Shown: positions 37,401-49,466, counted from the first letter of the whole stretch. The stretch is 60,655 bases of DNA, filler included, from Piptocephalis cylindrospora (GCA_003614145.1; 10 parts of 10 records of this genome joined end to end with filler, not necessarily neighbours in it); one strand, 5' to 3'. Made by a program: numbers and translations. Notes: generated by a model not told the origin, from the sequence alone.

Positions 37401-37515
37401 GGGCACACGTCGTGGACAATGTCCCTGGTACCACGCTTGCCGGCCTAAGCAGGTTGTGCGTTCGGATACCCTGTAGCCAGCCCCATGAGGGATAAATAAA
37501 CCGGTTTTATCGTCA
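37401..37515 (+). repeat. Repeat family B, copy 2
   Basis: Shares CACACGTCG, CTGGTACCACGC, GCCGGCC and GTTCGGAT with 52437-52550. Confidence 0.7.
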
Positions 37516-37809
37516 GCTTTGTTTTATCTTCATTGGTCTTAATATATTTTGATAACGAGCGCCTTTTGATTTATCTGCTTAGCATGGTAGCCCGAAATTT
37601 AGCGAGACAATCTCATGAAAATGTTGCTCAAGACGGCCGAAAGGGCCAAGAGATCAAAAAAAGATGCGCAGAAATGATCCTACTTACCTTTCATTATCGC
37701 TAAAAGGGATCAAATCTATAAAGAAATTAATTATGTACCTGATGAAGTGGAAAGGCTGACGGTATTACCGTTTTAATTACGGACTGGTCTGTACTTTCTG
37801 ATATAGAAA

Positions 37810-37917
37810 GGACTTTGTCCACAGCACCACGCATGTCGGTCTAATTACAGGCAGTCAATGTGCTCGGATGCCCTGTAACCAGCCTCACACAGAGTAATAA
37901 AATCTGGTTTTATCATC
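37810..37917 (+). repeat. Repeat family B, copy 3
   Basis: GGACTTTGTCC..CCACGC..TCGGATGCCCTGTAACCAGCC..GGTTTTATC aligns with copy 2. Confidence 0.65.
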
Positions 37918-38050
37918 ATCATGGAGAAGTACTGGGGCATTACAAGCAGAATATGTGAACAAGAACTCTGTTTGCTGTAATTATTTAATGGATGTAATCA
38001 TTTCTTGATAATAAATTGTCCCAGGGAAGGGGGAGGGGGAAAATTGATTG

Positions 38051-38104
38051 ACGCGTCTTGAGGCAATCTCAAAGATAAATAGTCCTTACTGGGGGGAGAC
38101 GCGA
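38051..38104. promoter_or_regulatory. MCB-like elements upstream of DNA ligase I
   Basis: ACGCGT 38051-38056 and ACGCGA 38099-38104. Confidence 0.5.
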
Positions 38105-38315
38105 CAGCCCAGTCTGTCACATTGACCCCCCTTCCCCCTCCATTACTCTCCTCTTCCTCTTCCTCCCTCCGCCTTGTTGCCTTTTGCCCCTGCTGGCTTA
38201 CTTTGGTTTACGCATCAGTCTTGTAAGGGTACCACGCGGACTCGTTGCTTTCCGCAGACCCACTTTCCCTATATCCTCCCTTCCATCTGCTTTATACCCC
38301 AAATTGGGTTATCAC

Positions 38316-40864
38316 ATGATGCGAAACCAGAAGACCATTGGGTAGGTGATCCATGAGTGATGATCAGGGCCAGGACTGTGCACGCTCTGCTGACTTTGTC
38401 CTGGTGTAGTTCCTATTTTGGCCAAGGACGCGTTGCAGCCACTCTCCCCGAAGCGAAGGCTAATCAGGCCGCTACCAGTCCAGATAATCTATCCACCTTA
38501 GAGAACGTTTCGGTTACTCATGATACATCAGAGCTATCTTTCACTGCTGATGATGTAGAGACCACCAAGGCGTCCTATGACCCTAGCTCCATGGGGAGCC
38601 CTGGGCCCTCTACCGTGCCCTTCAATCTCTCTACTGTGTCCCCGAATCCCTCCAAGCGAGCGGATAAAGCTTTGGGAACAAGGTCCAAGAGGAAGCGAGT
38701 GATTGAAAGTTCTGATGAAGAAAATGATCTTATCACCTCTACTCTCACTCCAGAGGTAATAGTTCAAAAGGAGACATTTGAGGATACTGTCCCTTCAGAT
38801 ACGCCCTCTTCTAGCCCATCTCCGGTGGCGTCACCAAAGAGGAAGCGAGGCAAGAAGCAACAGGCGGTCCAGGCGACGAGTATGGCTATCAGCATGAAGG
38901 ATATCCCGGAATGGGGCCAGGGAGAGGATGTGCCCTACGCGGCCCTATGCTCCGTCTTTGAAGAGATCGAGGGAACGACGAAGCGATTGGCGATCCAGGA
39001 GCATCTGACCGCTCTATTCCTCCGAGTGCTCGAGCGAACCCCTAATGCACTAGTGCACATTGTGTACCTGTGCATTAATCGACTAGCGCCCGAGTACGAA
39101 GGGGTGGAGCTGGGAATCGGAGAACAGATTTTGATGAAATCCGTGGCCAGTGCGTACGGAAGATCTTTAGCAGATGTACGAGCGGATGTGCATGCCTACG
39201 GGGATCTTGGGCGGGTGGCCGAGCTTAGTCGGACGCGACAGACAGTGATGTGGAAGCCTAAACCCTTGATGGTCCGAGGGGTCTTTGAGGCCCTGGGCCG
39301 GATCTCCCAAATGTCCGGGAAAGCCTCGCAGACCGATAAGGTCAGCGCAATCAGAAAACTGATTCAGGCATGCAAAGGCGTGGAGGCTCGGTACCTGACA
39401 CGGAGTTTGGAGGGGAAGCTACGAATTGGCTTGGCAGAACAAACGGTCTTGACGGCCTTGGGGCACGCGGCTCTTCGGCATCATGCCCTGAGCCGAGGGG
39501 ATGCGGTGGATGCGGAAGGGCTGGCGGGAGCGGTAGAGCGGATAAAGTCAATGTACAATCAACTGCCCTCCTACGACGTCCTAGTTCCAGCTCTAGTGAG
39601 CGAGGGATTGGAGGGAGCGGAAAAGATCTGCCGCCTGACGGCCGGGATCCCAGTGAAGCCAATGCTGGCGCACCCAACCAAGTCATTGACTGAAGTACTG
39701 GATCGGTTCGAGGGCACGACCTTTACCTGTGAATACAAGTATGATGGGGAAAGGGCGCAAATTCATTATACTCGGCCGTCACAGGGCGGGAAGGATGAAG
39801 GGAGGGGAGGGACGCATATTTACAGTCGAAACTCGGAGGACATGACAGGCCGGTACCCGGACGTAGCTGGGAGGATTGAGTCTTCGGCGCCAGAGGGCAC
39901 TGAGAGTTTTATCCTGGATGCGGAGGCGGTGGCATGGGATCGGGTTAAAGAGGAAATCCTTCCTTTCCAGGTACTATCAACACGGAAGCGTAAGGATGTA
40001 CGCGAGGAAGACATCTCGGTGCAGGTATGCATCTTTGCCTTTGACCTCCTCTACCTGAACGGCCAATCCTTGCTCCAGGAACCATTGTCGAAGCGGCAAG
40101 CCCTTATGCGAGAGACCTTCAAGGAGGCCCCAGGGACGTTTGTGTTCACACAGAGTATGGAGACGCGGTCCCCGGAACTGATCCAGGAGTTCCTTGACCG
40201 TAGCATCCAGGATCATTGTGAAGGTCTGATGATCAAGGTATCACAGGGAGAGGAAGCGACGTATGAACCATCAAGGCGATCAAGAAACTGGCTTAAGGTG
40301 AAAAAGGATTACTTAAGTGGGCTCGGAGATTCATTGGACCTCGTGGTGGTCGGGGCATACATGGGGAAAGGAAAGCGAGTCGGGGGCTATGGAGGTTACC
40401 TTCTGGCGTGCTATGACCCGGCGACCGAGGAGTATCAAACAATCTGCAAAATTGGTACGGGGTTCCGGGATGAGGATCTCCGGACGCTACACTCGACACT
40501 CTCGGCGAACACGGTCCTGACAAAGCCTTCCTACTATCGACATGGCGGAGGAGAGAATCAAGTACCGGATGTGTGGTTCCGACCGACGATGATCTGGGAG
40601 GTCAAGGCGGCTGATTTGTCCATTTCACCTGTTTATCAAGCAGCAGTTGGATTTGTAAGTGGGATGGGAAAAGATGGATTGTGGGGAAATGGGTCTTGTA
40701 CTGACCTGTTTGGGATGGGGGGTGACTAGATGGATGAAACCAAGGGTATTTCCCTAAGGTTTCCGAGATTCCTTGGGATCCGAGAAGACAAGAGATCAGA
40801 GGATGCATCAACGGCCGAGATGGTGGCCGAGATGTATCGGAAACAGCTTGACAAATCTGGATGA
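38316..40864 (+). CDS. CDC9: DNA ligase I (3 exons; introns about 38342-38409 and about 40655-40729)
   Basis: [22 protein letters not shown] and ISLRFPRF motifs. Splicing of exon 1 creates the PIP box QKTIGSYF. Confidence 0.95.
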
Positions 40865-41414
40865 AAATGGGATGATGGGGGGAGGGGTCAGGGGGAGGGA
40901 TGGTCAATGGAAAGATTACTTTATGTCGTATTGAGGTGGTTGCTTTGGGGAATGATCGGTGCTATGCATCATATCACGTCTCCATAAAAAAAGAAAATAA
41001 TTCATTATGCCAGGCATCGTATAATAGATAATAATAATAAACAATTTGTCTTTGGAAACATAAGAAAATGATATAAACAATGAGAAGGTGTGAAAGTTAC
41101 TGAATCATACACTGACTGGCCTTATCCTAGATAAAAAAAAAGAAAAAGGGGACTAAAATAGTCATCCCTCACACATCCCTGGACAATTCCCCTGATCGAG
41201 TCCTTCCACGATCCTCACACATCACACATTTCCTGGCCACGAAGGACACGACTATTTCTCACCAAATTCGCCACCATCATCCCCCTACTCTATCAATGAC
41301 TCTTTGGAGAACGTACACGTAGACAACACATAATTGACTTGACCTCTCCATCATGGTTTACACACACAGTAACAATAGTACCATCCCGCATGACCCACAC
41401 CCCTGGTCATAAAG

Positions 41415-42500
41415 TTACCTGTTCCCTCCATGAGAGGTAGTGGTAGTACTACCCTTAGAGGAGGAAGAAGAGGAAGTGGAGGAGGGGATGGGGGCAGGGA
41501 CGATGAGGGGAGGGGAGGAGATGGAGGAGGAGGGAGGGATGGCGCTAGTGGGCGGGACCTTGGGGGAGATAGTACGTGGGCCCATCATGCCCATAGAGGG
41601 GGAGGAGGAGGCGCCACCGGTAGGAAGAAGAGAGGTTGGCATGATGGGAGCGGGGACTTTCCTCATGGCTAGAAGAGGGGCAAGGGGGGTGGGGGTAGTG
41701 GAGGGGGAAGGGGTGGTAGCGGCAGTGGAAGAAGGGGAGGTGATGGGAGTGACCTTCTTTTTAGTGTTGATGTTGGTATTGGTGGAGATGGAGGGAGATG
41801 GAGAGATGGGGATCTTTCCATGATGGGTAGGAAGGGTAGTAGGAGGGGATTTTACAGCGTTTCCTCCACCGATATTAGACTTAACCCCTAGGGTAGAAGG
41901 GGTGGGCCTTGACATAGAGGAGATGGGGATCTTGTTGCTGTTGTTGGTGATAGAGGTAGTCTTGGAGGAAGGGGGGGCAAATGTGGATAGCCTTTTCCCC
42001 TCATCTCCTTCCTCGTCACCTCCGATAGACGTGGTGGCGGGTGGGGAGACCTTGGCAGCCGCAGCGGCAAGTTTGGCCCTGGCCTTCTTCCCAAGGGCCA
42101 CGGCCTCACCGGAAGCATGAGCATGTTCCACATGATACTTGAGACCATTGAGGTTCTTGTAGGCCTTTCCGCACTCCTCCACGCTACACTTGTAAGGCTT
42201 ATAGACGGGTCGCTGGGTCGGGATGAAGGGGGAGGCCGAGTGGGATTGGGCGGAGGTGGACGAAGAGGAGGAGATGGAGGAGGGATCAAAGGACTTCTTG
42301 ATGCCATGATACCTTCCAGTGGCCTCATCCATGAGGACATCGGTGGATTGGTGAAATTGGGAGGAGGAGGAAAAGCCCATGGACCCACCTGATGCCTTGG
42401 TGCCCGAGGGAGAGGAGGGGGAGGAGATGGATCCGGAGGGCCCAACGGAGCCATGAGTCATGGCAGAAGAGGAGGAGGAGGGGGAGGAAGAGGACTTGGG
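41415..42500 (-). CDS. C2H2 zinc-finger transcription factor, Sfp1-like (5' truncated)
   Basis: KPYKCSVEECGKAYKNLNGLKYHVEHAH matches the Sfp1/JAZF-type finger. Confidence 0.75.
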   Translation of the reverse strand, partial: PKSSSSPSSSSSAMTHGSVGPSGSISSPSSPSGTKASGGSMGFSSSSQFHQSTDVLMDEATGRYHGIKKSFDPSSISSSSSTSAQSHSASPFIPTQRPVYKPYKCSVEECGKAYKNLNGLKYHVEHAHASGEAVALGKKARAKLAAAAAKVSPPATTSIGGDEEGDEGKRLSTFAPPSSKTTSITNNSNKIPISSMSRPTPSTLGVKSNIGGGNAVKSPPTTLPTHHGKIPISPSPSISTNTNINTKKKVTPITSPSSTAATTPSPSTTPTPLAPLLAMRKVPAPIMPTSLLPTGGASSSPSMGMMGPRTISPKVPPTSAIPPSSSISSPPLIVPAPIPSSTSSSSSSKGSTTTTSHGGNR

Positions 42501-43164
42501 NNNNNNNNNNNNNNNNNNNNNNNNNNNNNNNNNNNNNNNNNNNNTTAATTAATTAANNNNNNNNNNNNNNNNNNNNNNNNNNNNNNNNNNNNNNNNNNNN
42601 GGGAAGGGGGTGGAGAGGGGGGGGGGGGGGGGGGGGGGGGAAAGGGGAGGAGAGTGTTACGCAAGAGGGAGGGTTAGGCGATAAAAAGGGGAAGGTTGCC
42701 TGAGTGAAGAGGCTGGGGAGATTGTGAGGCGCAGAGGGCCAAGGATGGACGTGACTGGGATGGACGACAGAGAAAGATGATGAGGAAAAGGAGGGAGATG
42801 GCAAGGAAGGAGGGAGGGAGAGAAGAAGAAAAGAGACAGGGGTCGCTTAAAAGGCGTGGAAGGGTCCGTGGCACGAACAGAAGGGTCAATGGGGAAAGGT
42901 CGTCGTCAGCAGTCGTGGGGCAAAGAGGGATCCAATGGAAGAGAGTGGGATGGGGTAGGAAGAGTGATGGAAAATGAAAGAGGAAGGAGAGGAGAGAAGT
43001 GGGGAGGAAGGGAGAGATTAGAGTGCGACCCCCCTCCCCTCCCCCCCCCCCCCCCCCCCTTCTACGCGCAAACGGGGGGCCGCCCCCCGCCGCGTCTTGG
43101 CCGATTTCTTTTTGCGTTGTGTTACGGGGGCGTCACGGTGTTAGGGGGGCAATACCCTTGGTCC

Positions 43165-43200
43165 ACCCGCCGTGTACCCTTGACCCGCCGCGTACCCTTG
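43165..43200. repeat. 18-bp tandem duplication ACCCGCCG(T/C)GTACCCTTG
   Basis: Two copies with one mismatch, plus a partial TACCCTTG at 43153-43160. Confidence 0.8.
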
Positions 43201-44428
43201 ACTGGAGACGCGTGGGCTGATGGTGGGTGGGAATGACCATCTCCGATAGCTCAACCCTATCAGAAGTCACTTGGTCTGATGACATCATCCTTAGGGCGAT
43301 TCTCGCCATCGTCGTAAGTCAGGATGACTGTATCTATATAGATGTGTGTGTGTGAACCTGCATTGGTTCTTTCACGTTTATTCAACTGGGGATAAGGTCT
43401 CATTCAGCCATAAATTGGCGTTTCATTACCAAATCGAAATTTGGCGTTTAGTCATCGCACCAGAGGCTGGTATGGAAATGATTCTTCAAGGAAAATGACC
43501 TTGATTGATAGAATGGGGATCGAACGCCTTTCATCAACGATCAATAGACGGCCATCTGTACAAAGGACCCTGATTGACCCATCAGCTAGGGTGTGAGTGA
43601 GGCACACACGCAAGGGAAGGGTCTCATTGATGAGTCATGTCGCTGCCGCTACCACCACCGCTGTGTTGCTTTGCTGCCACCACTACCGTTTTGACATGGA
43701 TTGCTGCTACACGGCCTTGACTTGAAAGACCATATATTTGTTCTCTTTTGTGTGAAAAAATTTCACTCCAAAAAAAGAAGCAAGCATGCCTATCGGCGTC
43801 GGCATAAGACCCGAACGCTACCCTTCTATACTGTTGATGCGAGCGCGCGTGGTACCGCGCATGCTGCTACACGGCCCAATCTCCCAGACATTCGCTCACG
43901 CTCTAAAACCGTTGAAAATTTGCATATTTGACTATATTCGCGAATGGGCGTGTGTGCAACCCATCTAGGGCTAGGAAGACCTTTGAAAAGGAGGGAAGAA
44001 ATATCTAGGGCCAATGATGGTCAGTAAGCTTGGGGTCGGTACAACCTTGGGACACACCAATGTGTCCCCTCTGTCTTGCACACATTTGAGAGGCCTTCTC
44101 CGTCCCTGCTGTAGTGCCCCGGCCTACCTTGCCCCTCCCTCCCCCCTCTAAGGGTTCACATCCCACTCGAAACCTTGGGCTGGATGTACACTGCGTTTCA
44201 TCCAGCATTACACCTACTCCTCCTGCTGCTACTACTCCTCCTCCTCCTTGGCTGACGCCCCTTCCCGACTCGCTCCACAGACACTCCTACTGCTTGATAC
44301 TCCTACCTACCCTGTCCTGTTCCCCTTCACTCCTTTTCTTTGCAGGGACAAGAACGTCCCTTCTTCCCTCCCTCTCCCCCACCCCTCCACGACTCCACCT
44401 TCGACGTTCTATACCCTTCACCTCCACG

Positions 44429-45133
44429 ATGGCACAACAACGTCTGCACTACTTATGGGACTGGCTAGTGGCCGAAAGTCGTGCAGTATGCTCCTCCCTA
44501 ACTGATTCATGTGGCCTTTGTCACTCTGGATCGAGGTCCCCTCCGGAGGATGACCTACTCAGGGATGTGGGCCGTCAATCCGAGTCCAATGGGGGCTTGG
44601 ACGAAACGGCCACCCTTCTCGGCCATGCCCTGAGCCCTGCTAATGGCATAGGTCCTGGGTACGGGACCCAAGATGCCAGTGCGCTTGATCAACACGATTT
44701 GGATACATTGCATGAGATTGTCCGACGGGCAGAAAAGTAAGTTGAATGCCGCTTTCCACCATTCTCATCCATCCATCCCACTCACCCCTCATCCCCGTCC
44801 CATCCTAGTAATGTCATCCATATCTCTGCTGGAATGGAGGGCATTGAGCCCATTCAGGGCCAAGAGGCCAGTCACCGGGTCGAGGAGTATCAGGCAGCTT
44901 TGGTGGATTGCAAGGGGCTTTCCAGGTCCCTTAGATCCGTTCGGATCATCCCTTCCGCCCCTGGGAGGGATACTCTGGCCTTGCTTGGTAAGGCCCGGAT
45001 AGATCACGCGATGGAGGGGTGGACCCGTAAGGTGGTGCTCCAGGCCGAAAAGGCCCTTGAGGACGTGCATGTTCAGGATGTTGGCAGTCTTGTTGTGACC
45101 TTTGACCTGTCGATGCCCGAGGATGCGTACTAG
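44429..45133 (+). CDS. LAMTOR1/Ego1-like Ragulator anchor (2 exons)
   Basis: Dileucine motif ETATLL, LHEIVRRAENNVIHI and C-terminal ALEDVHVQDVGSLVVTF. Intron about 44737-44808. Confidence 0.6.
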
Positions 45134-45536
45134 GTTTCCAGCGACCTGTCAATGATAGAGGATACCTGTCCAGGCCCCCCTGTCCCATGAGGAATGTGTG
45201 TATCACCCTTTCTCCCTTCATTGCTATCCCCCTTACACTATACACAAAACACACTATATCATGATGCGTATTCCCTTTTTCCTTTTCCTTTTCCTTTCCC
45301 TTTCCCTTTCCCTTTCCTCTCTTCCGTCCCCCCTTCTCCCTTTCTATGAAATTGACATGTATTCCCCATTGCTCTGGCTGTCTCCTACCTTGGCCCTGTG
45401 CATCTGGGGACGCGAATGAAAGGGAAAAAAGACGAATGTATTGAGAGGAGTAGGGGATGAAAGGCTCGATATCCTCGTAAATCACACAGGCCCAAGAAGG
45501 GCCCAGGAAGGGACCCGCATGCAGCGCACAGAAAGC

Positions 45537-47438
45537 TCATGATGTTGATGCCCGAGTCCGAGGCTTGGTCTCGATGGGCAGGAGAATGCCACAGAGACCA
45601 GCTAGACCAAGGATGCACGACGCACCCCAGAGGGGAAAGTCCTTGTTGAGCATCATGAGGAGTCCAGTGATGATGGGACCAATGATCCCAGCCATCCTTT
45701 GGAGGGCCGAAGCAATGCCTGTCCCGGTCCCGCGTACATCCACGGCAAAGACCTCGGCAGCATAGGTGCTCAGACCGGCCCAGGCCACGGTAGACATGAT
45801 GTTGACGGTGCCGATGATCATGACGGCCCCGACATGTGACTTGACCAGGGTAAAGGCCAGGAGTAGGGAAGCCGACGTCCACATGAAAGCGGTGAGAGTA
45901 CCCTTCCGGCCCAGTCGCGAATTGACGGCGTACCGGGCAATAAATGAGGCTGGGAGGCCGCAGAGCGCGTAGATGAACAGATCGCGGTATCCACCGGCAA
46001 GTCCAGCGTCCCCCTCCGTGGTCTCCGCCGCCTGACGTTGCTCCAGGAGCTTGGGCAGGAACGAGGCATACAGCATGTATCCAAGACTCATGAGGAACCA
46101 TTGGGACCATACAATAAGAGTGGTAGTCGCTGCTACACGGCCCTTGAACAGCTGGGAAAAGGTCCCACGCTTCGCCTTAGACTTTCCTCCCTCCCCCTGA
46201 GACCTAGATCCAGTAGCCCCGTAGTCCCGACCGCACTTTCCTAAGGAAGTGGTGTGGTTTGAGGACGGACGAGAGGAGGAGGAGGACCGATGGATGGAGG
46301 AAGCAATATCATCCTCCTCGTTGTCTAGCTTGGTAAAGTCACCACTCTTGCTAGCCTTGGAGATCTTTCGCTCTCGCATCCCACCACCCCGGGAGGCGGG
46401 TGGAGACACGGGATTCAGGGTCAATCGATCGATACCCAATTTGGCCGAGTCCGCCTGGACATGTCCATTCTTCCGAGCAATGTTCCACAGCACCTCAATG
46501 GCCTCTTCCCTCCTTCCGTTAGTCAGAAGGTAACTGGGGGTCTCGCGCTGACGGTAGGCGATAATCCGGATGATGAAGAAGACCAATTGAAGGGTGGCCA
46601 GGATGGCGAAGAAGTACCTCCAGCCCCGGTTATGGCCCGGGGGACACGAGATCTCATCCATGGGATCGCAGGATGTGGAGGGAAGGATGATCCAGGCCAA
46701 CCCGGAGCTTGTCACATCGCCTGCGCAGTAAAAGACGGCCAGGAGGGTGACCCAATACTTGTTGGCCGGGGGTAGGAACTCGGCGAGCAGGGACGAGTCC
46801 ACGGGGATGGACCCGGCCGCATTGAAGCCCAGGGGGAAGAGGAGGACACAGAGGAAGGGGAAGGATGGGGCCAAGGCAACGCAATATGCACAGACCGTGG
46901 ACAGGAGGGGGCAGAGAAAGAAGGGAAGCTTTCGTCCGAACCGATCGGCTGCAAAGCCCCATGCCGTCGCCCCTCCCATCATCCCGGCAAAGAAGCACGA
47001 GGACATGATGCCAATCTGACTGTCAGGGACCTGGAAGGTCTGTTGGGCCCTTGGTAGGAGAACAGACACGCCAATGAGCCACATCTGCGTCATTTGACAA
47101 GCGTAGAGATGATATGAGTGGGATGGAGTAGCATGAGGGATAGAATACACTGCATCTGTACTTACACTATCGGCCAACCAGCCAATCCCGCATAGGAAAA
47201 ACATCGTGCGTTGGAAGAGTCCAAATCCAATGTTGGAAAGGACATCATCCAGCCCGAGACCATCGTGACCATCGAACCCGATATTTTCATCGCCCCTTTC
47301 CAGCCACGGGCCATCTGCATCGGCGGGGTGGGGGTCAGGGGAAGATGGGGCTAGGGCATAATCAATGGATTGTCCTGACCTGGAATGATCCACTCGACGG
47401 ACTTCAGCCATATCAGATACCTTTTGCGATGGAGACAT
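45537..47438 (-). CDS. MFS transporter, SV2/SVOP-like (81-nt intron 47085-47165)
   Basis: IGFGLFQ, GIGWLADS|MW, motif A ADRFGRK, LAEFLP, GWRY and EVFAVDVRGTG. Confidence 0.9.
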   Translation of the reverse strand: MSPSQKVSDMAEVRRVDHSRSGQSIDYALAPSSPDPHPADADGPWLERGDENIGFDGHDGLGLDDVLSNIGFGLFQRTMFFLCGIGWLADSVSTDAVYSIPHATPSHSYHLYACQMTQMWLIGVSVLLPRAQQTFQVPDSQIGIMSSCFFAGMMGGATAWGFAADRFGRKLPFFLCPLLSTVCAYCVALAPSFPFLCVLLFPLGFNAAGSIPVDSSLLAEFLPPANKYWVTLLAVFYCAGDVTSSGLAWIILPSTSCDPMDEISCPPGHNRGWRYFFAILATLQLVFFIIRIIAYRQRETPSYLLTNGRREEAIEVLWNIARKNGHVQADSAKLGIDRLTLNPVSPPASRGGGMRERKISKASKSGDFTKLDNEEDDIASSIHRSSSSSRPSSNHTTSLGKCGRDYGATGSRSQGEGGKSKAKRGTFSQLFKGRVAATTTLIVWSQWFLMSLGYMLYASFLPKLLEQRQAAETTEGDAGLAGGYRDLFIYALCGLPASFIARYAVNSRLGRKGTLTAFMWTSASLLLAFTLVKSHVGAVMIIGTVNIMSTVAWAGLSTYAAEVFAVDVRGTGTGIASALQRMAGIIGPIITGLLMMLNKDFPLWGASCILGLAGLCGILLPIETKPRTRASTS

Positions 47439-48667
47439 GGGGAGATGGGGGAGGAGGAGGATGGGAGGGGAGGGTAAGGGAGGTGAGAAAGATGGATGAG
47501 CAAGGAACTAGGAGTAGGTCATCCAAATGGAATAGGATAATGGAAGAGGGAACGTAGCAAGCGGTAATTCTTCACAGATGAAGGAAGGCCTCAAGACACA
47601 CACTGATAATCAATTGGAAGGTGGTCAAGGAAGGAAAGGAAGTTTAGGGACGTGATGTAAATACGTGCGAGGGGAGAGGAAGGACAACAGGCAGCAAGTC
47701 TGTGTGTGTGAGGGGACAGGATCAAGTTGGCAAGGTAGGCAGGTGAAAGGTGAGACAGGCACTAACAGGAGCAAGATGGATCAGTAGTGTCGTTACTAGG
47801 ATGGTAATCGGATTCCTAAACGTGATGGTAATACTGGGTGAGGAAAAGTCGTATCAGAGAAGATGGACGTAAGGACTGATGATGGAGGTAGGGGGGATGA
47901 TGGTGGTAGATCGGGGAGGGGAGGGGGTGGATCAAAGGCGGATCCTTGCTTCTCCTCATGCCCAATTCCAATGGTTTTATATCTCCTCCCATACCATCAT
48001 AGCCACCCCTGGTCCCTCCAGGTTCAGACCCAGCACCGTTACTCCAGACACTGCCTCATCCAGAGACGGGCATCTCTCTCGCTCTGGCGAAGGAAAAGTT
48101 ATCCATGCCTCTTCCTGGGTGGAGCATCGATAATCCTTCCCCTACCCCGATCCGCCAAGGGCCCTCTTCCCCGCCTCCTCCTCATGTTTCTCTTCATCAG
48201 TGACACGGGGAGGCATTTGTCCGTCCTCCCTCCCCCCCCCCTTCCTTTCGTACTTTGGACTGTTTGGTGATGCCGACTGTCCCCACCACCTCCTTTTATC
48301 CTCCTATTAAGGCCGATTGGTCAACATTGAGGTCGGGGCCCATTTCCCTTATCTATCGTTTAGCGAGGGGGTATTGGTCGTACAGTGAAAGGGAGGGGGT
48401 GTTACAGCATGAGGGGGGGGGGGGGGGGAGCGAGTCAGCCCTAAAAAAAAAGAGGGGACCAAAAAAAAGCGTAAGCTTGGGGGCAGGGCCGCCATGTTCC
48501 TCTCGCTTGGTTGTTGAAGCATCGTTGCTTGAATGGCTTGGCAGGTGGCTTGAAGGATGGGATGGAGNNNNNNNNNNNNNNNNNNNNNNNNNNNNNNNNN
48601 NNNNNNNNNNNTTAATTAATTAANNNNNNNNNNNNNNNNNNNNNNNNNNNNNNNNNNNNNNNNNNNN

Positions 48668-49466
48668 TCGGCCTCACCCTGCTGGGTCAACTTGGTGGAA
48701 AATTCAGATTGGGCCAGGGCTAGACCTTAAGAAAGGAGGGATATGAGTGAGTGGTTGAAGCAATCGACTCATTCGATTCACCGGCCAAAGCAAACCCTAC
48801 TGACCAAGCCGAGCCTTGACCAACTTGGAGGAGCCCTTCTCTGCCCCGGTACACTGACCCTCCAGAACACCAGCCGTGTGCTTTGCGGTGGCAAAATAAG
48901 CGTCCTCTTCTGTGGTGACAGGAAGGGGGCCTGGACCCCCAGATATCTTTGCCTTTATTCCTGTGAGTATACCCGTGGAAGGCTTGATGGAGTTTTTAGG
49001 CGGGGGTGGCGCATACTAGAGAGAGGGAGGGGAAGGAAGAGGAGAGGGGGAAGGTGAACGAACTGATGACTAGAACGAGCCCATACCGTGCTCCAAGATC
49101 ACCTACCATGACCTTGGCCTCAATAAATCCCCGAATCTGATCATCCAGACCTACAACAGGATGGTTGGCCACCAAGGATAGCCACTTTTCCAAGGAAAGG
49201 CAGGTCAGTCGGTCATCCTCGGATTCCTCCGTGTGGCTCGTTGATCCCTGGGGCAAGGGAGGGATAAGGCGGCCAATGTGGGAAGCCTCAAGGATTTGGG
49301 AAAGACGGGAAAACTCGGCATACTCTCGCTGGACCCCCTTGTATGTTTCTGAGGCATAGCTGGGAAGGTTGGTGTGAAAGTCCAATCGGTAGTTGGGAGC
49401 GTGCTTGGATCGATCCACTCCGTGGATCCGTACAATGACAATGGGGACGGGAGGAGGAGACGCCAT
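48668..49466 (-). CDS. VPS17: Retromer PX-BAR subunit Vps17-like (3' truncated)
   Basis: PX domain RLDFHTNLPSY..YKGVQREYAEFSRL..LIPPLP is typical of Vps17, and further exons run toward the gap. Confidence 0.75.

Noticed and set aside
37733..37770. Minimal hammerhead CTGATGA-AGTG-GAAA
   Set aside because: No stem II pair, no stem III and no UH cleavage site in register.
37155..37917. CRISPR-like interpretation of the family B repeat-spacer array
   Set aside because: The repeats are ~110 nt and divergent, the spacing is irregular, the context is eukaryotic, and there are no cas genes.
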